Assembly (NCBI RefSeq): GCF_006345805.1 | Contig: NC_043010.1 | Location: 39,494,001 to 39,558,000 of the forward strand | Reading direction: 5' to 3' | From: Octopus sinensis | Lineage: Eukaryota | Length of the DNA: 64,000 bases | Shown here: in pieces, positions 13,572 through 23,354 of the stretch | Layout of the letters: the number at the start of each line of letters is the position of its first letter | How positions within the stretch are numbered: position 1 is the first letter of the stretch | Position numbers and translations under genes: made by a program | The notes under the pieces: generated by a model | The model's database searches: none | What the model saw: only the letters and a program-made list of their open reading frames with translations | What the model was told of the DNA's origin: nothing

Positions 13572-13747
13572 CTACATATATATATGTATATACATATATA
13601 TATAAATATATATATATATACATATATCACAATCAAGGAACGGCCATAATAGGCCATTCACCCACTAGAAATAACAGCCAAAGCTTCAACCGCAAAATAA
13701 CATCAATTCCGTAAACCAGGAGAAAATTAAAAAACATTTACCCTGTA

Positions 13748-13854
13748 ATTTCTTATACGATGCACCGTTTCATCTACTTTTTAATGGTAAACTAACCTGA
13801 TTAAATTAAATCAAGCCAATCTTCTATAGGCCCTTAGAATCATCAGTAAGAAAT
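13748..13854 (-). ncRNA. Type I hammerhead ribozyme, copy 1
   Basis: Minus strand reads ATTTCTTA-CTGATGA-(long stem II)-GAAA-CGG TGCA TCGT-A-TAAGAAAT: perfect 8-bp stem I, intact core, GUA cleavage triplet (cut between 13756 and 13755). Confidence 0.88.
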
Positions 13855-14235
13855 AGCCAAGTCGGAACAGATATTTTCACGAGGCATTTCTGTCCCTGCC
13901 TCGGCAATATCTGACCTAAAAGTTTCAAATCATCGCACTCGCGCCAAATTTATCGGCAGCAAATAAATATAAGCCGCCGATTCCATTACGGAATTAACCA
14001 GAAAATTCATAATTAATCAATATAGGGTGGCAAAAAATTTTGTAGAATTTTTTTGCCACCAGCGGCCTAGTGGGAAAAAAATTAAATAGTCATAGACCAT
14101 TTTTAAGTTCAACATCACAATCAAGGAACAGCCATAATAGGCCATTCATCCACTAGAAATAACAGCCAAAGCTTCAACCGCAAAATAACATCAATTCCGT
14201 AAACCAGGAGAAAATTAAAAAACATTTACCCTGTA

Positions 14236-14342
14236 ATTTCTTATACGATGCACCGTTTCATCTACTGTTTAATGGTAAACTAACCTGATTAAATTAAATC
14301 AAGCCAATCTTCCATAGGCCCTTAGAATCATCAGTAAGAAAT
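14236..14342 (-). ncRNA. Type I hammerhead ribozyme, copy 2
   Basis: Same motif 488 nt away; predicted cut between 14244 and 14243. Confidence 0.88.
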
Positions 14343-15131
14343 AGCCAAGTCGGAACACATATTTTCACGAGACATTTCTGTCCCTGCCTCGGCAATATCT
14401 GACCTAAAATTTTCAAATCATCGCACTCGCGCCAAATTTATCGGTAGCAAATAAATATAAGCCGCCGATTCCATTACGGAATTAACCAGAAAATTCATAA
14501 TTAATCAATATAGGGTGGCAAAAAATTTTGTAGAATTTTTTTGCCACCAGCGGCCTAGTGGGAAAAAAATTAAATAGTCATAGACCATTTTTAAGTTCAG
14601 TATCACAATCAAGGAACGGCCATAATAGGCCATTCACCCACTAGAAATAACAGCCAAAGCTTCAAGCCAAAGCCTGATTTAATTTAATCAGGTTAGTTTA
14701 CCATTAAACAGTAGATGAAACGGTGCATCGTATAAGATGAAACGGTGCATCGTACAGGGTAAATGTTTTTTAATTTTCTCCTGGTTTACGGCATTGATGT
14801 TATTTTGCGGTTGAAGCTTTGGCTGTTATTTCTAGTGGGTGAATGGCCTATTATGGCCGTTCCTTGATTGTGATGTTGAACTTAAAAATGGTCTATGACT
14901 ATTTAATTTTTTTCCCACTAGGCCGCTGGTGCACAAAAAAATCTACAAATTTTTGCCACCCTATATTGATTAATTATGAATTTTCTGGTTAATTCCGTAA
15001 TGGAATCGGCGGCTTATATTTATTTGCTGCCGATAAATTTGGCGCGAGTGCGATGATTTCAAAATTTTAGGTCAGATATTGCCGAGGCAGGGAAAGAAAT
15101 GCCTCGTGAAAATATCTGTTCCGACTTGGCT

Positions 15132-15235
15132 ATTTCTTACTGATGATTCTAAGGGCTATGGAAGATTGGCTGATTTAATTTAATCAGGTTAGTTACCATT
15201 AAACAGTAGATGAAACGGTGCATCGTATAAGAAAT
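15132..15235 (+). ncRNA. Type I hammerhead ribozyme, copy 3 (inverted arm)
   Basis: ATTTCTTA 15132-15139, CTGATGA 15140-15146, GAAA 15212-15215, stem III ACGG/TCGT, cleavage A at 15227, TAAGAAAT 15228-15235. A few 1-nt deletions in stem II. Confidence 0.85.
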
Positions 15236-15768
15236 TACAGGGTAATGTTTTTTAATTTTCTCCTGGTTTACGGAATTGATGTTATTTTGCGGTTGAAGCT
15301 TGGCTGTTATTTCTAGGGGTGAATGGCCTATTATGGCCGTTCCTTGATTGTGATGTTGAACTTAAAAATGGTCTATGACTATTTAATTTTTTTCCCACTA
15401 GGCCGCTGGTGGCAAAAAAATTCTACAAAATTTTTTGGCACCCTATATTGATTAATTATATATACATATATATATATATACAGACATATATATACATATA
15501 TATGTATACATATATATACATACGTACATACATATATATATACATATATATATACATATATATATATACAAATATATATACATATATACATACATATATA
15601 TCCATATAGGTATATATGCATACATATATACATACATATATTATATATATACATATATATATATATACATATATATACATATATATTGTACATACATATA
15701 TATAATTCCTTAAATCCTTAAAAATGTATTAGCCCGAAGGCCGCGGCCATGCTGGGGCACCACCGCTG

Positions 15769-15819
<51 letters not shown>

Positions 15820-15849
15820 TATATTATATATATATATAATGTATATATA

Positions 15850-16434
15850 TTGAATACTGCTGTCCACTGTGGTCTCCCTACACAAAACAAAATATTATGA
15901 GAATTGAAGCTCCCCAAAGGTCAATCACAAAAAAGAATAGATGGCATGTCAGACCTTGACTACTGGGGTAGACTAGAGAAGCTGAAATTGTATTCACTCC
16001 ACGACGCCGTGAACGCTACATTATCTGTATGATGTGGAAATATTCCATCAGCACTGTCCGAATGATGTTGGCATCACCTTCAAAATGCATCCAAGGCTTG
16101 GACCACGTGCCATCCGTCCACAACAAAAATCTAAATCGCATCACATAACGACAATAGGGCACAACTATTCACCTCAATTGGACCCGCTCTCTTCAACATT
16201 ACACCAGGACACGTCAAAAAAGAAACTGACCACACAAAATTCAAGAAGTATTTGGACAAATTCCTTCAAACAGTACCGGACAAACCACCCACACCCGGAT
16301 ATGTCTCCGCAAACAATAACTCGAATGGGCCTTGGTGCCCAAATCCTGAACTGAAAGACTTCGCCAGGTGGTGCTATTAAGTTAGACATGGCCTGGGCCA
16401 ATACTGGCCAAAAACCTTTCTAAGTTATTCTAAG

Positions 16435-16437
<3 letters not shown>
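15850..16437 (+). mobile_element. 3' fragment of a CR1-like LINE, from a different family than the 22-26 kb element
   Basis: Translates across frameshifts to DLDYWGRLEKLKLYSL.RRRERY and FKKYLDKFLQTVPDKP, homologous to the ORF2 C-terminus at 25860-26200. Ends in short ttctaagtt repeats. Confidence 0.8.
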
Positions 16438-16499
<62 letters not shown>

Positions 16500-16526
16500 C
16501 ATGCATATACATATATATATATATAC

Positions 16527-16912
16527 GAGAGGACAAACAAAGGCAAGCAAACGGATTAAGTCGATTATATCGACCCCAGTGCGTAACTGGTACTCATTTA
16601 ATCGACCCCAAAATGATGAAAGGTAAAGTCGACCTCGGCGGAATTGGAACTCAGAACGTAGCGGCAGACGAAATACATATTTCTTTACTACTCACAAGGA
16701 GCTAAACACAGAGGGGACAAACAAGGACAGACAAATGGATTAAATCCATTACGTCGGCCCCAGTGCGTAACTGGTACTTACTTAATCGACCCTGAAAGGA
16801 TGAAAGGCAAAGCCGACCTCGTCGGAATTTGAACTCAGAATTTAACGGCAGACGAAATACGGCTACGCATTTCGCTCGGCGTGCTAACGGTTCTGCCAGC
16901 TCACTGCCTTCC
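16527..16912 (-). mobile_element. MetaSINE-type SINE with an internal tandem duplication
   Basis: Two successive cores (aaggtaaagtcgacctcggcggaatt near 16621; aaggcaaagccgacctcgtcggaatt near 16804) and one head (ttctgccagctcactgcctt). Confidence 0.85.
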
Positions 16913-17159
16913 ATAAAATTCTAATTACCACCCCAATCAAAGCCATATACCCACAGATGATTTTAACTCAATAGTGACAATATAAATATAACATAAATTC
17001 TAAAGCATCGCATTCCGACGATAGCTTATTTAGCCGAAATTCGAAGTCACTGTTAACAACATTCCTGTAAAAGACTAATGAATTTGTACTGTACAAAAGT
17101 ATAGAGTAACCAATCAGCTTAATCTAAAATTGTTGATGACATAACTTAATATGAACACA

Positions 17160-17674
<515 letters not shown>

Positions 17675-17803
17675 GTAGGTCCCGGGTTGATCCGGGGTTA
17701 ACCACAGTAAGTAAGGTACTCAATACATAGCAGAGTAAAATTAATTTATTATATAGAAGGAGCTTCTACAGGACTAGTACTGTTTCATTCAAGAGAAATC
17801 TAT

Positions 17804-17898
<95 letters not shown>

Positions 17899-18660
17899 TG
17901 TACATACAAACATTAATGCTTGTTTGTATGCGTATTCATACATAAAAGACGTATTCGATATAGCCAAAGGAGATCAACAGACATTATTTTATTTTAGAAA
18001 TATAATTTTGCTATTAAAACCACTTGAACTGTTTGTGTTTTCCTTCTTTTTCCAATTATCATCAAGTATTTAAATAGTTGACTTAGTAACTTCAAAAATT
18101 GTTTGATGCTTTGTTAATTCAATCAACCAGATAATTTGTCGTGGTTTGTAATTTATTTCGCTTCACCTGATCATGTCACTGTCCAGCGTTATCTACTCCA
18201 CATCAGTAAACTTCTGTTTTTTTATAGAAATGGTACAGACAGAAAGACCCCAATGATAAATTTGCAAACCGCTATTGGATTGCTCAATATATAGATCGAA
18301 CAAGTGATTAGCTAATTAATCAATTAGTCAACAATACCAGAGAGAATAATTAAAAGGAACAAACTGTAACACGTGTATCTGGTTTGATTGGCAACATCCA
18401 ATATGCAAGCGTATCAATAATATGATACAATAAATGATCTGCAGGAGAACATGTGATATTTAACATGTCACAAAAATGAAAGCAAATTGATAAATTTGTC
18501 TTATTTATTTCAGTAGCATATATTTGAGAAACTTACGTGACAGGGTGGAGCTTATCCCAGCATTTATACGAGTCTAAGAATGCCGGATCCCACCTTCGAC
18601 AGAAAGCCAGTGCATCGCAGACACAATCTCCACCTGCTAGTGGTATTAGTCACTTGGTTG

Positions 18661-18875
18661 AAGGCGGTGAGCTAGCAGGATTGTAAGTGTGTCGAACGAA
18701 ATGTTTCACAGTATTTCGCCTGTCACTATATTCCGAGTTCAAATTCCGCCAAGGTCGACTTTACCTTTCATCATTTCGGGATCGATAAAATAAGTACCAG
18801 CTAGCTGGGATCGATATAATCGATTCATCCCTCACCACCAAAACATTGCTGCCCTTGTAGCAAAATTTGAAGCCA
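18661..18875 (+). mobile_element. MetaSINE-type SINE nested in an older SINE, with a degenerate target-site duplication
   Basis: aaggcggtgagctagcagg...gagttcaaattccgccaaggtcgac. Flanks tattagtcacttggttga and cattactcacctgggtga match at 14 of 18 positions. Confidence 0.75.
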
Positions 18876-20171
18876 TTACTCACCTGGGTGAACTTCTGAA
18901 CATCATCTCATCAGGGCCTGGGAACGGATATTATATGTTACGATCGTGAAGCCAATATCCTAAGAACTAGTCAAAATGCTTTATGTTCCTTTCCCCTATG
19001 CCAAATCTCTGCCACTATAAATCCAATATGCAGAACATTTTTCGAAATAGGCCAACCTGAATTCCGATGTGGGGTCTTTCACTACATATTTTCGCAATAA
19101 CTAAGGAGAAAACGCCTTGTTTGGAATATCCTAAACCTAAAGTGAAATTATTGAATGATTGACGATTTCTATGAGGAGACCGATATGGGGAATAGGTGTT
19201 GCAAACATAAATAGCTGAATGACGCTGAGCCCAAGTGCATTTGGACTGTAATAGGAATGTTTTTATCTTCAATATCAATATGCATTTTTTTTTAAACATA
19301 ACTGTGTGTGTTCGATTGTTTGCGAGGAGTGGGGCGCAGTAGACACTTGGTAAGATATCGTTAATAAGATCTGGTAATCAGATCAGCAACAGCCAATAAT
19401 ACAAATCAACAAACCCCGCTGTATATCTTTATTTTTTGGCAAAAAAAAAGCGTTTTGCATATCAAATTTACTGGAATACAAGATGGCTGCAATTCTATTT
19501 GTCTAAATATATTTGAGCATCTCAATAACTTAAATAAACCTCTAATTGTCAGTTGAAGTTATTCAACAGGTGTCTCATAATTAACACATTTTAAATCGAA
19601 GAAAATATTAACTACGTTTAATAACACGGGAAACTTCTTACAAAGATAGTTATATAATGATAAGATTATAAAATAATCTGTTAGTAAGTTCCTTCTGAAT
19701 TTCTGTAAGCTTTTATTTAACAAAGTTAGGGTTCAGGTAATTATAGCAAAAGGCGGATGTTACTCATTAGCCACAAGACCGAATTTACGGATAACTTCAA
19801 TAAATTATCGAGAAACTCTTAATGGGAGAGCAGCTAATCTGTGTAAAGTAATGCAACTGCATGAAATTGCAATGCATGCATGTCGACCACGTTGCTAATT
19901 AAGATCAGCTGCAGATAATGTCCAACTACAGCATCTACAACTTGGCAGCAATCAAACGCTTCAAAGTAGAAGGTACGCATGATTTGTTCCGATTCTCCCG
20001 TAAATTCAGAGCCAAATCAAATATTACGCCTCAATACGGAAATGCTTTTATTATAGATATTACTTCGCCACCCCATACATTAACACGAACACATGCACCC
20101 GCTGAAACACACTAAATAGAAATACCGAGACTTATTGACGTGAAGACACTCGCACATACATATATACCCAC

Positions 20172-20243
<72 letters not shown>

Positions 20244-21523
20244 ATATGATTGTGACGTATGGAGGTAGAAGTTTTCCCACATGACATCCAATCAAGAGTT
20301 TGTGAAATCTGTCAAAAGTTTGTGAAGGAGAAGGGAAAAGAAACACACTGAGAATATCTAAGCGTATCTAACAAAAGTGGTAAGATTACAATCAAATCCC
20401 GTTTGAAATTTTGATTACTTTACAGACAATACTGAATCAAATAATGTCGTGAGTACGGAAATTTCAGGCAATCTAAGAAACTTTATTCAAATGCTAAGAC
20501 ACTACGCTTAACAATGTGTTTGATTCATTTAATCACTCAGTTGACTTAATTATTAAATATTTCTGTCTCCGGCAAGAGTTAAGAAGCTTTTTCAAAATTT
20601 CCACTTAAAATTGTTACTCTTAATGGACTGGGGGAATCTTGAGTAAGTTTTTAAGGGTTAGTCGAATAAGTCCACCTAGGTCCAAATGATAATTCTGCTA
20701 CATGCGATGTCGTTTTCCTTTTCCGTGCCGGTAGTCGCTGCTGGGACGATTTTTGTCTCTTTCCGAGAACTCCTGCATTTTCAAACACAGAACATTCATA
20801 ACAGATTCATCGATGTATTTATTTTTAAATATGATCTACAGATTGTTATTTAAGTCTAATGTTGTTCAATTGCATCAAACGTATCTTTATTCAGCCGGGT
20901 AGGTATTCGCAACCTCCGTGAATGTTCTATGACAAATCTACTCTAAGTCTTGGGTTAGCAGTGAATACGCACCGCTGATGAGGCTCAACGAAGCCGGAAT
21001 GCATCCGACCTTCTCGCTAGTTACTCTTACGATTTCAGAACACGAATAAGAAATATGAGTAATAACGCAGTAACTTGATTTTCAAAAACTTATTTATATT
21101 AAGTGCGATGTATATATAAAGAAGTGTTATTACTATTATTAATGATAATAATAAAGTGGCCAGCAATAATGGTAATAATACTTATTTATTCAAATTTATA
21201 ATGGCTCACGATTTGTTTTGAATATCGCAGGAACGTTTAAATTAAAGGACGCACATGACGTAATGTGATGAATATCTCAGAGTTAAATGTTAAAAATGTC
21301 ATTTTCAACTGACGAGCTCAGAGTATGGTTTTCATAGAAAGGGCGACATCAACTGATATTGAAATATTCCACGCAAGGTAAGCCTGTTGCCCCTTTGTTC
21401 ATTGAGATGCCCGTGTGTCCCTTAATAGTGAGTTATTGGTGGTATTGGAGTGATGGCTCTGATTATAGCAAGTGACGTTTAAATATGCTGCTGTATCTGA
21501 ATTTATTATATACATACACATAC

Positions 21524-21564
<41 letters not shown>

Positions 21565-21618
21565 TACATATATCAAAGCTAAATATAGATACAGTAGCAT
21601 ACACACACACACACACAC

Positions 21619-21681
<63 letters not shown>

Positions 21682-21720
21682 GTATATAGGGACAGATAGA
21701 GGGATAGTAAGATATGAAAT

Positions 21721-22220
21721 GTGACCCCTTCGGTCATGAATGACCATGGAATTTCACCTAGAAAGTTACGCTCCAAGGTACAAGTCTGGGCAAGGTTGTT
21801 TATGGAAGACCAGCAGTTGTCCAAGCATACCAACCTCCCCTCTCTACGCCACCGATGTTATCCAAGGGAAAGGCAATGGCCGATACAGCTTGACATCAGT
21901 AACGTTGCAGCTCATTTATTAACGTGCAAGTAACCGGGCATTTCACGGATACATGTAACCTTAACGTAGTTCTCGGGTAGACTCAGCATGACACAGAGTG
22001 TGCCAAGGCTGGCCCTTTGAAATACAGATAAAACAGAAACAGGAAAAAAGAGTGAGAGAAAGTTGTGGTGAAAGAGTACAGCAGGGTTCGTCAGCACCCC
22101 TGCCGGAGCTTCCTGGAGGTTTTGGTGTTTTTGCTCACTAAACGCTCACAATGCCCGGTCTGGGAATCGAAACCGCGACCGCGAGTCCGCTGCCCTAACA
22201 AGTGGGATATTGCGCCTCCA
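21721..22220 (-). mobile_element. tRNA-derived SINE (OR-like head) with a long composite body
   Basis: Reverse complement of the 7736 head at 22150-22220, shared body to about 22040, then a different tail. Confidence 0.75.
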
Positions 22221-22289
22221 CAAGACAGGTATATATATATATATATATATACACAGACATTCATACACTCTCTCTCTCTCTCTCTCACT

Positions 22290-22320
<31 letters not shown>

Positions 22321-22541
22321 GGGTACATAATTATATAGAATACAATTATAATGAAAGGCGCAGACGTAACAATGTATGCTGTAAATAGACGCCAAATACG
22401 TCTAGCCACTCAAAATCTTTACAATATATACAGGTTGAAATCGGAAAATTGGACTGACCAAAGATTCGCAAAAGAATTCAGATAGTTTTAGATCGACCAA
22501 TTAATAACTTACAGTCATCTGCAAAAGTATTATATATATAT

Positions 22542-23354
22542 TTGCTGAAGAGCAAAGGCTACAAGAGGACAGCGGCTCAGATGGAGCGAAAGAGACGGGA
22601 ATTCGTGCGCTCATATGCGCTTATACAATCGCACATTGGCGCACTTGATTCCATCTTTGAGAACGAGCGGGGCAAAGATGGCAAGAATGGAGACGATGAA
22701 AGAAGTCACCCCCACCTGGTGGACGCCCGGGAGGAGGTTTCGAATGAGAAACCTGCCCGGGAAGTGAACCCAGGTGCAAGTTCTCCAACCGGCAGCAAGG
22801 GCCATGGAGACGGAGAACCCGGTGAAAAGGTAGAGGGAGGAGGAAGAACTAAAAGAAGGGCTGGAAGAGCTAAAGGAAAAGCTCAAGCAGGACCAAAGGG
22901 TGAAAAAACCAGGAATAGAAGTGGAACCGCAAAAGATGGAAACAAACAGCGCACACGGGTGTGTAGGTTCTACCTGAGAGGTTCCTGCTGGCATGGAAAG
23001 GAAGGTGCAGGCTGCCACTTTGCGCATCGGGGACCCTGCCACAGAGACACGAGGCAGATGGACAAACCATCAACACAAGGAAAAGGGATGGACCACGCAC
23101 CACTTGCCCCAAAGTGGAGGTACGCAGATGTTGTGCGTGCCACAAACCACCAACATGATGTTGTCGAAAGGGCAGCTGCTGAGCAACAATCTTTTTTGTG
23201 CATGGCACAAAAGATTGTACAGCAGCTGACCTGGCTTCATCAAACCCAAGCCCGCAGGTGGGACTACCCACTATATACCAGACCACCACAGCAAACAGAC
23301 CCAGGATGGACACCACCGGCAACAACGTACACCTCACCTCGATGCTCCTACTGA
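22542..23354 (+). CDS. LINE ORF1 protein with a CCCH zinc finger
   Basis: 270-aa open frame with a basic, low-complexity middle and CRFYLRGSCWHGKEGAGCHFAH (C-x7-C-x8-C-x3-H). True start uncertain. Confidence 0.75.
   Translation: MLKSKGYKRTAAQMERKRREFVRSYALIQSHIGALDSIFENERGKDGKNGDDERSHPHLVDAREEVSNEKPAREVNPGASSPTGSKGHGDGEPGEKVEGGGRTKRRAGRAKGKAQAGPKGEKTRNRSGTAKDGNKQRTRVCRFYLRGSCWHGKEGAGCHFAHRGPCHRDTRQMDKPSTQGKGMDHAPLAPKWRYADVVRATNHQHDVVERAAAEQQSFLCMAQKIVQQLTWLHQTQARRWDYPLYTRPPQQTDPGWTPPATTYTSPRCSY

Larger units (their letters stand above)
13626..15457. mobile_element. 488-bp tandem repeat array with an inverted arm; candidate hammerhead retrozyme
   Basis: Direct units start at 13626, 14114 and 14602 (partial, to 14665), giving a period of 488. 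About 14674-15457 is the reverse complement (about 1.6 units). Both ends abut TA-rich microsatellite. Confidence 0.9.

Noticed and set aside
13756-14243. Protein coding by the 488-nt monomer (Obelisk-like or rolling-circle ORF)
   Set aside because: The track shows no ORF of 60 aa or more within the units, even across tandem junctions, and 488 is not a multiple of 3.
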